Notes under the pieces: generated by a model | Told to the model about the DNA's origin: nothing | The model's input: the letters and a program-made list of their open reading frames with translations, nothing else | Database searches by the model: none | Part shown: one piece after another, positions 1 through 8,636 of the stretch | How positions within the stretch are numbered: the stretch's first letter is position 1 | How the letters are laid out: every line of letters starts with the position of its first letter | Assembly (NCBI GenBank): GCA_902769815.1 | Contig: CACXQO010000002.1 | Span: 1-61,980 of the forward strand | DNA: 61,980 nucleotides | Direction: 5' to 3' | Origin: an uncultured Bacteroidia bacterium | GTDB lineage: Bacteria; Bacteroidota; Bacteroidia; Bacteroidales; F082 | Program-made: the position numbers and the translations under genes

Positions 1-48
1 ACAGGCTATTGGCATTACCTCTACGCCAAGCCATAACAGATACCTCCA

Positions 49-1191
49 GTGGGCCGTTCGCGATTTGACGTTGGAAGGCGGAGACCATGTCTATGGCACG
101 CTCAGCGGCAACTACAAGGTATCACATGTGGTGACATCAGCATTACGGCAGGTATTGTGAATGCCACTGGCGGTCGTGGAGCTGCCGGCATAGGAAGCGG
201 TTTCGTAACATATAATGGTATACATAATACATGCGGCAATATCCGCATCACCGGCGGACAAGTTACAGCTACGGGTGGCGATGGCGGAGATCATGCCTAT
301 CCTGATATTATGAATGATGTAAGTTGGACATCTTATTCTTATAATGGAGGTGCGGGTATTGGAACTGGCTCTACTGTCAATGGTAGTGGCTCCAATGCAG
401 GCTCCAGCAGCTGCGGCTATATTAGCATCACCGGCGGACAAGTAACCGCCACCAAGGGCGGCGGCACCCATCCTGCCACCAACAGCATTGGCAAAAACCA
501 CAGCGATTATAACCACGGCACCTGCGGCACCATCACCATTGGCGGCACGGAGTATCCCAGCGGCGCAACGCCCAACCAGTCCGACGGATTGACGTTTGTT
601 TATCCTGTTCCGGCCCCTCCCACCGCTCCCGCAGGTGCCATCAACGGCCTCTTCTCGGTGAGCGCCACCCAGCAGGTCTGGTTCTCGCAGGGCAACCTGT
701 TGAACACCGGCTATTTCGCAGACAATCAGTATAACTATGGTGGTTTGCTTCAGTGGGCTGCGTCTTTTACCTCAAACTATTCCGGTGACTGGCGTGCGTT
801 AACTAGTGAAGAATGGAATTATCTCCTCACAGATAGAGCCAATGCGTCAAATTTGTGGGGATTTGCTAATGTCGAATCTTTTAATGGTATTATCCTCCTC
901 CCCGACGGCTCTTCATTAAGTATCAATACAAATCATTCTGCTTGGGACAACAATAGTATTGATAATACCACATGGTCGGAAATGGAGGCCAACGGCGCGG
1001 TGTTCCTGCCTGCTGCTGGCTACTTAGACGGCAGCTCGCCAGAGGACAATGGAAAGAAAGGCTACTACTGGTGTTCTACGAGTGGCGAATACGTGAGATT
1101 CGGCGGCTCCGGCAGCTCTTTCGAAGCCCCGACCTACTATGTCGGCGGCGGCGGTCGCCGCTCTGTGCGCCTCGTCATCAACGTGCAATAA
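49..1191 (+). CDS. Cell-surface repeat protein. The N-terminal part has repeats of the type CG-x-I-x-ITGG-x-VTATGG-x-GAAGIG. The C-terminal part is a Fibrobacter-major-paralogous/DUF1566-like domain. The 5' end is probably frameshifted or continues upstream of the window.
   Basis: Long ORF with at least 3 internal repeats (TCGDISITAGIVNATGG, TCGNIRITGGQVTATGG, SCGYISITGGQVTATKG). C-terminal motifs AVFLPAAGY and GYYWCST. The first ~20 residues of the track ORF look like out-of-frame junk, while the frame starting at position 3 is open from the window edge. Confidence 0.6.
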   Translation: MGRSRFDVGRRRPCLWHAQRQLQGITCGDISITAGIVNATGGRGAAGIGSGFVTYNGIHNTCGNIRITGGQVTATGGDGGDHAYPDIMNDVSWTSYSYNGGAGIGTGSTVNGSGSNAGSSSCGYISITGGQVTATKGGGTHPATNSIGKNHSDYNHGTCGTITIGGTEYPSGATPNQSDGLTFVYPVPAPPTAPAGAINGLFSVSATQQVWFSQGNLLNTGYFADNQYNYGGLLQWAASFTSNYSGDWRALTSEEWNYLLTDRANASNLWGFANVESFNGIILLPDGSSLSINTNHSAWDNNSIDNTTWSEMEANGAVFLPAAGYLDGSSPEDNGKKGYYWCSTSGEYVRFGGSGSSFEAPTYYVGGGGRRSVRLVINVQ

Positions 1192-1219
1192 TCTGATAGA
1201 CATCAAATAAAAACCAACG

Positions 1220-1255
1220 CAACAGGAGGCCTTCGGGTCGCCTGTTGTTTTTTAT
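1220..1255 (+). terminator. Rho-independent terminator-like hairpin followed by a T-run
   Basis: caacaggaggcc-ttcg-ggtcgcctgttg followed by ttttttatt, about 30 nt after the stop at 1191. Confidence 0.5.
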
Positions 1256-1590
1256 TGGATAGATGTCGATTATTTCATCATCAGTTTGACCCGTTCTTCC
1301 GAATTTGCAATTCGGAAGCTGTGAATATGAGCATTTGCAATGCGGGAATGATACCAACCTAATCAAATCCAGAAAAGGCGGCCTTCATTTTTGAGGGTCG
1401 CCTTGTTTTATCGTTTTCGTCAGGGAAGCATGTTTTCATTCCGTTGCAAGCAGGGACTGCCGTCGCCTGCTTGTGTTCGGGTCGTCCTTTCAGGACTTTG
1501 GCGGCATCATGGACCCCAACCAAAAAACCATAAAAAGCATTGCACCGAATCTGCAACATTTTTACTAATTTTACGGCCAAATTCAAAGGT

Positions 1591-3696
1591 ATGGCCAAGA
1601 AATTGGTGATTGTTTTCATTTTACTGATTTCCAGTTTATTAGGATTCCCACAAAGTCCCAATCAAGACAGCATTGCTCTAAAAAAGCCATCCCTCCCCCC
1701 TTCCCTGCCCATAGATTCCACCTTCGTCACTTACAACGCCTTCCAGTTCGACAGCATCTTCCTGAACAGTTCAAAAGTCATCGACACACTGACTTTCCAC
1801 ACTTCGGACTTTGAGGTTTTGGAACGCGAAAAAACCATCTACAGCACGCTCTCCAACACGGGACTTGCCCATAAGTCGATGAGATTCAACCATCTGCATC
1901 AAGCGGGATTCGACATGAGCCTTCCCTCATTCATCGTTTACATGCAAAACGAAAGCAAGATGGTTTCGTACCAGTCGGTCCTACCCTACTCCGAAATCCG
2001 CTATGTGATGACCACCGCCGACAAGGAGCAGCACCTCAACGTCAAGTTTGGGAGGCAGTTCTCCCCTCGCCTATTCGTTTCCTTCGCCTTCAACACCGAC
2101 TTTTCGCCCGGGACATTCAAGAACAGCAAAAGCCTCAACAACTATTTCTGGCTCAACGCGCATTATTTCACGAAAGACAACCGCTACGGCGTGATGGCCT
2201 ACTATTACCGCAACAAACTCGAAATGGGAGAAAACGGCGGCATCGTCAATGATGAAAGTTACATATCTCACACAGAATCAGACAATTCCGTCATCAATAT
2301 CAACCTTTCTTCCGCGACCAATTTCGTTGTTTCGAGCGGTATCGGTTTCGAGCATTACTTCAACCTCTTGCCACAAAAAACAGTGGTCAAGAAGCAAGAA
2401 AGCACCACCATCGAAAACGATTCCATCACCACGATTCCCTTTTCCAACGACAGTCTTTTGATGGACACATTGTCGATGGACACTTTGAGGATAGACACTT
2501 TATTGATAGACAGCATAAAAACCATTGAAAATCAAGATATTGCAATTCAAGAAACCAAGGTCAGGAAATTCACTTTGGGAAGGATTTGCCACAGTTTCAG
2601 TTACCTGAACAACAAACTCTACTACAACGAGTCCTCCCCCACTGCAGCCTTCTACCAACCTTACGACACTTTGCTCAACACAACGAAATCGACGGACACA
2701 ACCTTGGTGAGGGCTATAAGGAACTCGCTGAAATGGAGCAGTTTAGGCTACCAAAAATACAATGACGACATTCCATTTTACCTTTATGCGGGCCTCTCGC
2801 ACGGTTTCTATAAGGTGAAACTATTCGACTACCTTGAAGGCGAAACCTTACTTTCGCGCAACTATCAGCAACTCAGCGTGAACGGCGGCATCATCGTCAA
2901 TCTGTTCAAGTCGACGCGCATCACGGGGCAAGGCGAACTTGTCACCTTGGGCTACCAAATCGGCGATTTCGACCTCAGAGGGCAATGGAAACAGTTCCTC
3001 GGAACGAGCAGCAAAAACTGGGGTTTCGCCACCTTCGACGCGGAAATCAAGCGGCAGTCGGCCAACTGGTTCGAGGAGAGTTATTCGTCAAACCATTTCC
3101 GCTGGGAGAACGATTTCAAGGCCGCTACCTACCTGACTTTCAACCTGAAATACAACTACAAGACCTATTGCATCGGCGTGAGGCAGACCAGCATCGCCAA
3201 CCTGATTTATTTCGACACCGATGCGCGTCCCGCCCAAAACGAAGGCATGTTCAGCATCCGCGAGGCTTACCTCAGTTTCTACCAAAGCCTTTGGCGATTT
3301 GAGTTTGAGGGTTTTGCGAGTTTGCAAAAGTCGAGCAATGAAGAAGTTATGCACCTGCCTCTGCTTCAGGGCCGACTGAAAATCGGGTATTCGCAGCCCA
3401 TTTTCCGCAAGGCTGCCACACTGTATCCGAGCATTACGGTACGCTATTTCACCAAGTATTACGCCGATGCCTATATGCCCGCCACGCGGGTTTTCCACCT
3501 TCAGAACGAGGTCAAAATCGGGAATTTCCCCTTTATCGACATGTCGTTGGCCATCAAAGTAAAAAAAGCGCATATCTATTTGGTTTACAGCAATATGTTC
3601 CTACTTACGGGTAACTACAATTCGTTCATCGCCCCCCACTACCCCATGCGCGACAGCAGAATCTTTATCGGGGTCAATTGGAGATTGTTCAACTAA
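1591..3696 (+). CDS. Putative outer-membrane beta-barrel (porin-like) protein with a signal peptide
   Basis: ATG at 1591 gives MAKKLVIVFILLISSLLGFPQ (signal peptide). About 700 aa, aromatic/Gly/Asn-rich, with alternating beta-strand-like pattern and C-terminal ...GVNWRLFN. The family call is tentative. Confidence 0.6.
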   Translation: MAKKLVIVFILLISSLLGFPQSPNQDSIALKKPSLPPSLPIDSTFVTYNAFQFDSIFLNSSKVIDTLTFHTSDFEVLEREKTIYSTLSNTGLAHKSMRFNHLHQAGFDMSLPSFIVYMQNESKMVSYQSVLPYSEIRYVMTTADKEQHLNVKFGRQFSPRLFVSFAFNTDFSPGTFKNSKSLNNYFWLNAHYFTKDNRYGVMAYYYRNKLEMGENGGIVNDESYISHTESDNSVININLSSATNFVVSSGIGFEHYFNLLPQKTVVKKQESTTIENDSITTIPFSNDSLLMDTLSMDTLRIDTLLIDSIKTIENQDIAIQETKVRKFTLGRICHSFSYLNNKLYYNESSPTAAFYQPYDTLLNTTKSTDTTLVRAIRNSLKWSSLGYQKYNDDIPFYLYAGLSHGFYKVKLFDYLEGETLLSRNYQQLSVNGGIIVNLFKSTRITGQGELVTLGYQIGDFDLRGQWKQFLGTSSKNWGFATFDAEIKRQSANWFEESYSSNHFRWENDFKAATYLTFNLKYNYKTYCIGVRQTSIANLIYFDTDARPAQNEGMFSIREAYLSFYQSLWRFEFEGFASLQKSSNEEVMHLPLLQGRLKIGYSQPIFRKAATLYPSITVRYFTKYYADAYMPATRVFHLQNEVKIGNFPFIDMSLAIKVKKAHIYLVYSNMFLLTGNYNSFIAPHYPMRDSRIFIGVNWRLFN

Positions 3697-3708
3697 AACC
3701 ACGCAGCA

Positions 3709-5277
3709 ATGATTCAACCCGACCTGATACCCACAACCAACACATTGTCAAGACTTAACGATACCTTACCGCAACTCAGGGAGGCTTTCCCCCGACCTGA
3801 CCTCATCAACACAGTGGCGGAGCAGGCGGCCAGCGGTAGTTCGTCAAAAGACATCGGCCTGACCATTGCCATCATCGGTTTGCTCATTTTCACGGCTCAC
3901 CTTTTCAGCGAAATCTTCAGCCGCAAGCGCATCCCCGATGTGCTGTTTCTCATCATCATCGGCTTGCTCATCGGCCCCGTTTTCCATTGGGTTTCGCCCG
4001 AAAGTCTTGGAAACGCGGGCAGTCTATTTTCGGGCATCACATTGGTCACCATTCTTTTTGAAAGCGGTACACAACTGAGATTCAGTGCCTTAAAAGGCTC
4101 GTTTAGAGGAGCATTAAAACTCACCGCCTTGAATTTCGTGTTCTCCGCCATCGCTGTTTGGCTGGTGGGATGGCTGCTTTTGGACATCGACCCCGTCATT
4201 AGCATGATGCTTGGATGCGTGCTGGGCGGCACGGCCTCTGCCGTGGTGATTCCCATTGTGAGGCAGATGCGCATGTCGGAAAAACCCGCCACCATGCTCA
4301 TCCTTGAAGCCGCCATCGGCAATGTGTTCAGCATTGTCCTCGCCTTGGCCCTGATGCAAGCTATCCAGTCGCGACACGTGGTGTTTGGGGCCATCCTCGG
4401 CGACATTTTCTCCTCGTTTATCCTCGCCACGGTGATGGGACTGATTGGCGCCATCTTTTGGGCTTTGATTCTCGACCAAGTTCGCAACATCAAATACTCC
4501 ATCCTCACGACACCTGCCTTCGTCTTCATCATCTACGGACTCAACGAATGGATGGGCTTCAGCGGTGCCATCGCCGCCTTGGCTTTCGGCATCGGCATGG
4601 CCAACATCGACAGCATCTACAACACTTGGCTCAAGAAATTCATCAAGAAAGTGCCAGTCAACCTAAACGAAACCGAGCGTTCTTTGTTCTCGGAACTGGT
4701 GCTGCTGCTCAAGACCTTTTTCTTTATTTATGTGGGCATTTCCATCCAACTCAACCAATGGCATCCATTCGTTATCGGACTGGGAATCAGTGTATTGCTT
4801 TTCATCATCCGCATTCCAGCCGTCCGTTTTGCCATCTCGAAGAAAGAAGGCATCCCCGAGAAGGAAATCGTGTTCATGTCGGCCCTCAACCCCAAGGGAC
4901 TGACCGCCGCCGTACTTGCCACGCAAGCCCTCATTTACATTCCCGACGGAGAAATCGCTTTGTTTGTGAGGAACATCGTCTTTTCCGTCATCCTCTCCAC
5001 CATTGTCATCAATTCCATCCTTATTCCCTTGATTGACAAGGAGAAAGGACTATATCGCCTTTATCTGAAAATGTTGAGTTTCAACCAAAAAATGAAAAAC
5101 ATGGTGAACAAGACCAAGCATGAAGGCGAAGAATGGCACCACAAACATTCGAAGGCACATAATCTTGTCGGAGAAATGTTTCATTCTGAGGTGATTACGG
5201 AAATCATCGAACATCAGGACAAACCCGGAGCCGTAATCAACAAAGCTGAATCGGGAAACATGGACGTAGCAGACTAA
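3709..5277 (+). CDS. Cation:proton antiporter (Na+/H+ exchanger, CPA1-like)
   Basis: 522 aa with about 11-12 hydrophobic helices. Typical exchanger segments (LFLIIIGLLIGP, ITLVTILFESG, LGGTASAVVIP) and a hydrophilic C-terminal tail. Confidence 0.8.
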   Translation: MIQPDLIPTTNTLSRLNDTLPQLREAFPRPDLINTVAEQAASGSSSKDIGLTIAIIGLLIFTAHLFSEIFSRKRIPDVLFLIIIGLLIGPVFHWVSPESLGNAGSLFSGITLVTILFESGTQLRFSALKGSFRGALKLTALNFVFSAIAVWLVGWLLLDIDPVISMMLGCVLGGTASAVVIPIVRQMRMSEKPATMLILEAAIGNVFSIVLALALMQAIQSRHVVFGAILGDIFSSFILATVMGLIGAIFWALILDQVRNIKYSILTTPAFVFIIYGLNEWMGFSGAIAALAFGIGMANIDSIYNTWLKKFIKKVPVNLNETERSLFSELVLLLKTFFFIYVGISIQLNQWHPFVIGLGISVLLFIIRIPAVRFAISKKEGIPEKEIVFMSALNPKGLTAAVLATQALIYIPDGEIALFVRNIVFSVILSTIVINSILIPLIDKEKGLYRLYLKMLSFNQKMKNMVNKTKHEGEEWHHKHSKAHNLVGEMFHSEVITEIIEHQDKPGAVINKAESGNMDVAD

Positions 5278-5290
5278 AAAACTATAAACT

Positions 5291-5737
5291 ATGGAAAATC
5301 AAGCAGAAAAGAACGAGCAGAACCAAGTTGACGCATCGGTCAACACGAATCAGGAGCGAATCACTCCCGAAAAAGTCAACAAACTACACAACAACGAAAT
5401 CTTTGTATTCGGCAGCAATCTGCAAGGGATGCACGGCGGAGGCGCGGCGCGAATCGCTTTCCAACGCTATGGAGCCATCATGGGCCAAGGTGTTGGTTTA
5501 CAAGGGAAAAGTTATGCCATTCCCACCATGCAGGGCGACGCAAGCACCATCAAGCCCTACGTTGAAGAGTTCATCGATTTCGCCAAGCAACACCCTGAAA
5601 TGACTTTCCTCGTCACAAAAATCGGTTGTGGCATCGCAGGTTTCACACCCAAAGAAATCGCGCCGCTGTTCAAGAAAGCCGTCAAGGTACAAAACATTTA
5701 CCTGCCGATAGAATTTTGGGAGGAGTTGAAGCAGTAA
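5291..5737 (+). CDS. Conserved small protein of the FVFGSN..G.HGGGAA / YAIPT type (A1S_2505-like, macro-domain-like fold). Function unknown.
   Basis: Motifs NEIFVFGSNLQGMHGGGAARIA, GLQGKSYAIPT and VTKIGCGIAG, recognised from memory of this family. Not verified by search. Confidence 0.5.
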   Translation: MENQAEKNEQNQVDASVNTNQERITPEKVNKLHNNEIFVFGSNLQGMHGGGAARIAFQRYGAIMGQGVGLQGKSYAIPTMQGDASTIKPYVEEFIDFAKQHPEMTFLVTKIGCGIAGFTPKEIAPLFKKAVKVQNIYLPIEFWEELKQ

Positions 5738-5749
5738 CGGCCAATTGCA

Positions 5750-6880
5750 TCAAAACCGATAGACGAGCAATCCTTTCACCGTCCAATCGTGGAAGGCACC
5801 GCGAAAAGCGATGTCGTCTGCCTTATATTGGGTGTATGATTGGTCATTGAAGGCATCGCTGCTGCGGAAATAGGACCAGTTGTAGGTGAATTGCGTCGAG
5901 AAATAGAAACGGTTCAAAGTGAGGCTGATTGCCGCACTGCCGATGTAATTGGGCATGGGATAACACAAAATCTTGGTGACTTTTTCGCCGGTTTTTTGCC
6001 CGTCGTTATTCATTTCGTAGGCAGTGGTTTTCAGGTAGTTGAATACCGTCAGCACGGGCATGGCGGTCAAGTTGATGGTAAGGTTGCGAAGCCCTTTGTC
6101 GCGAGCATCGACGGGGTCTTTATGCCAAGGCACAAAGTTGACCGAATAGCCGCCACCCACCGAGGCTTGCATCGTGGCGAAACAGTCCAAGAGGTTGTAA
6201 GTGTTCCATGAGGCTTCGGGCGAGTTGTAGAGATTGCCTTGCATGAAACGTGCCGTCAGCATCCACGAACCGGCCGTGCGGCGTTGCACCAAACTCTTCT
6301 TGTAGGCTGCCGGATAGGCGAAACGCTTGTTATTGAAGACGTAATAGCCATCGATGGAAAGGCTTCGCAGTGATGCTTTTTCTTCTGTGATGAACTCGTC
6401 TTCAGAGGAAACCTTGCCATCTTCGTCAAAAAAAACAATTCCCGAAACGAATGGGTTGCTGATTTTGAAGTAATTCAGACGCAAGCCCCACGATTTTCCA
6501 AGGATATTGAAGGCAAAGGCACTCTTTTTCTCCGCACTTCGAGGCCCCACTTCGAGACCATAGCCTAAAACGACATTGCCATAGCCGACTTCAAGGCCAA
6601 TTTTCTTGCAAAGGCTTTCCCTAAGTCCGTAGGTCGAAATGCCTTTGAGCGAGTGTGTTTCGTCTAATTCGAGGTCGAAGTCCACACCCACATCGAAGCC
6701 CGCTTTTTGTCCAGTGGTGAACAAGCCCAAAGAAAAACCGGGGTTCGGTTGGTAAATGTGCGACGAGTCAACCACAGCGGGCTTGGTCAAAAAACGATTG
6801 ACCTTTCCCCAAAAGGTTTCTTGGGCATGAAGGGAAGCGAAGCAAAAAAACAGGGCAGTGACGACTATGAGTCTTTTCAT
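5750..6880 (-). CDS. Secreted/outer-membrane protein (DUF4421-like, tentative)
   Basis: The internal ATG at 6880 gives MKRLIVVTALFFCFASLHAQ (signal peptide). A TAnnTTTG box lies 18 nt upstream. Composition is beta-rich with C-terminal ...LLVYRF. Confidence 0.7.
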   Translation of the reverse strand: MKRLIVVTALFFCFASLHAQETFWGKVNRFLTKPAVVDSSHIYQPNPGFSLGLFTTGQKAGFDVGVDFDLELDETHSLKGISTYGLRESLCKKIGLEVGYGNVVLGYGLEVGPRSAEKKSAFAFNILGKSWGLRLNYFKISNPFVSGIVFFDEDGKVSSEDEFITEEKASLRSLSIDGYYVFNNKRFAYPAAYKKSLVQRRTAGSWMLTARFMQGNLYNSPEASWNTYNLLDCFATMQASVGGGYSVNFVPWHKDPVDARDKGLRNLTINLTAMPVLTVFNYLKTTAYEMNNDGQKTGEKVTKILCYPMPNYIGSAAISLTLNRFYFSTQFTYNWSYFRSSDAFNDQSYTQYKADDIAFRGAFHDWTVKGLLVYRF

Positions 6881-6897
6881 TGGTGTGGAATTTGGCG

Positions 6898-6905
6898 CAA
6901 AGGTA
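6898..6905 (-). promoter_or_regulatory. Bacteroidota -7 promoter box (TACCTTTG on the minus strand)
   Basis: Plus-strand caaaggta, located 18 nt upstream of the ATG at 6880. Confidence 0.5.
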
Positions 6906-6950
6906 AGTATTTTTCGCAATATGAGATATGTCGGCAATTGAATGTGAAAA

Positions 6951-7000
6951 TCCGTCCATAGCGTGCTTAGAACATTAATTTTTATGGTTCTAAGCACGAT
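6951..7000 (-). repeat. Hairpin module, copy 1 of a repeated terminator-like element
   Basis: tccgtccatagcgtgcttagaac-loop-gttctaagcacg. The first 22 nt closely match 8521-8542. Confidence 0.6.
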
Positions 7001-7066
7001 ATAAACTGAAAATTATTGTGATAAACATCAGAAAATATTGATTTAATAAATTGAAAATCAATTATT

Positions 7067-8479
7067 TTATTCTTTAAAAAGGTCTTCTATTGTAATTGTG
7101 CTTTGAACGCTATGTTGATACACATTCTGTTTTACTCCGAATGGTGTTATCAATGTCAGATGGATGGATTTGTGGGTCTTTTGCGATTCGATAAATCGGT
7201 GACGGAAGTCGGCATCGTCTTCGTTGTTGATGGCATATTCTTTTGTCGAAAACTTCATTTCGCATAGGTTGGTCACTCGGTCGGAGCGGTCGATGACCAT
7301 ATCGATCTGTGCTCCAGCACCATAGACAGGGTCTTTCAGCACTCGCCACGAAAACACCTGAGTGGAAACGCCTGCAATGCCCAACGCTTGTTTGATTTGC
7401 TTGAGATGCTCGAAGCAGACTCGCTCAAAGGCCAAGCCCTCCCAAGTGTTGCGGATGGGCGTGTTGGTGTTGACACTCCAAAAGGCTTCATCCGTTCCCG
7501 CCGTGTCGCGCAGGAATTGGTAATAAAACAAAGTGTAATTGTCAATGAGTTGGAAGATGGCGTTGTTTCGCTTGATGCCTTTGTAACTGTATTTTCTGAT
7601 GAAACCACAGGCTTCCAAATCCTGCAACACCCGCGTCAGTTGGCCATTGTTGTCGATATTCCCTTCGCTGATGAGTTCCTCGCGGGTCAGCCCCATACGC
7701 TTAGTGCCTAAAATGGAAACCACTTTCAGGTATGGTTCGGGATTTTTGAACAGCGAATCGTATAGTTCCTTGTATTCGTAATGCAGTTTACCGCGAGGCG
7801 AAAAAAACAGATTGTCAATGTTTTGAGCTGCACTTTTCCCTTGTTCTAACAGCGACCAATAATAAGGAACGCCACCCATCACCATATAGGTTTCCAAAAT
7901 TTCAAATCGGCTCATTTTCAGGTGGCGACTTTGGGCATATTGTTCACATTCATTGAGCGTAAAAGGTTGTAGGTGAATACGGTAAGTCACGCGATTGTGC
8001 AGGCCGCCGTGGTTGCGGAAAACATTGTTGATAATCCATGAGGTGGCCGAGCCGCAGATGATGAGCAGGATGTCTTTGTGGGCTGTGGCATAGGCGTTCC
8101 AAAAGTGTTCGAGTGCTGAAACGAAATTGGAGCGAGGCGCGTCCATCCACGGTAGTTCATCAATGAAAATCACTTTTTTGCCCTTCTTTTTTTGGTCAAG
8201 AAACTCCGAGAGGAGAAAAAAAGCATCGAACCAGTCGGTGGGAATGCGACATTTCTTCATGCCGCTTTTGATGAGCGACAACCTGAATTCCTTCAGTTGT
8301 TCCTTCGTTTTTTGGTTGGCCAAACCTGAGTGTTGGAAGGCGAATTTATACTTGAAAGTCTCCCTGACCAAGAAAGTCTTTCCCACGCGCCTACGACCCA
8401 TTATAGCGACAAATTCAGAATATTCGGAATCATACGCTTTCAATAATTCGGTTATCTCTGATTTTCTGCCTATTAACAT
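7067..8479 (-). CDS. AAA-family ATPase (archaeal-type ATPase + DUF234-like C-terminus)
   Basis: Walker A GRRRVGKTF, Walker B VIFIDELPW, 470 aa. This architecture is typical of the multi-copy ATP-binding proteins of Bacteroidales. Confidence 0.8.
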   Translation of the reverse strand: MLIGRKSEITELLKAYDSEYSEFVAIMGRRRVGKTFLVRETFKYKFAFQHSGLANQKTKEQLKEFRLSLIKSGMKKCRIPTDWFDAFFLLSEFLDQKKKGKKVIFIDELPWMDAPRSNFVSALEHFWNAYATAHKDILLIICGSATSWIINNVFRNHGGLHNRVTYRIHLQPFTLNECEQYAQSRHLKMSRFEILETYMVMGGVPYYWSLLEQGKSAAQNIDNLFFSPRGKLHYEYKELYDSLFKNPEPYLKVVSILGTKRMGLTREELISEGNIDNNGQLTRVLQDLEACGFIRKYSYKGIKRNNAIFQLIDNYTLFYYQFLRDTAGTDEAFWSVNTNTPIRNTWEGLAFERVCFEHLKQIKQALGIAGVSTQVFSWRVLKDPVYGAGAQIDMVIDRSDRVTNLCEMKFSTKEYAINNEDDADFRHRFIESQKTHKSIHLTLITPFGVKQNVYQHSVQSTITIEDLFKE

Positions 8480-8505
8480 GATTAAAAAGTGTATGTTTTC
8501 GGCTG

Positions 8506-8513
8506 CAAATTTA
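8506..8513 (-). promoter_or_regulatory. Bacteroidota -7 promoter box (TAAATTTG on the minus strand)
   Basis: Plus-strand caaattta, located 27 nt upstream of the ATG at 8479. Confidence 0.45.
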
Positions 8514-8520
8514 CAAAAAA

Positions 8521-8580
8521 TCCGTTTATAGCGTGCTTAAAATATGATTTTTTTGTGGTTTTAAGCACGCTATGAACGGA
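8521..8580 (-). repeat. Hairpin module, copy 2 (terminator-like; on the minus strand the stem is followed by TTTTTT)
   Basis: tccgtttatagcgtgcttaaaa-loop-ttttaagcacgctatgaacgga. 15-bp inner stem plus 6-bp outer stem. Confidence 0.6.
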
Positions 8581-8618
8581 AAAATCGCCCGCCGGAAAAC
8601 TTTCCAACGGGCGATTTT
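8581..8618 (-). terminator. Hairpin terminator downstream of the prolyl oligopeptidase gene
   Basis: aaaatcgcccg-16 nt-cgggcgatttt, an 11-bp perfect stem flanked by A/T runs (could act in both directions). Confidence 0.6.
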
Positions 8619-8636
8619 GTACCTGAAAGTCGGCAA

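Noticed and set aside
1359-1661. 100-aa minus-strand ORF and a 72-aa plus-strand ORF between the first gene and the porin-like gene
   Set aside because: They lie in an intergenic region containing hairpins (for example cttccgaat-ttgca-attcggaag at about 1287-1309). The ORFs overlap the porin start and lack any supporting signal.
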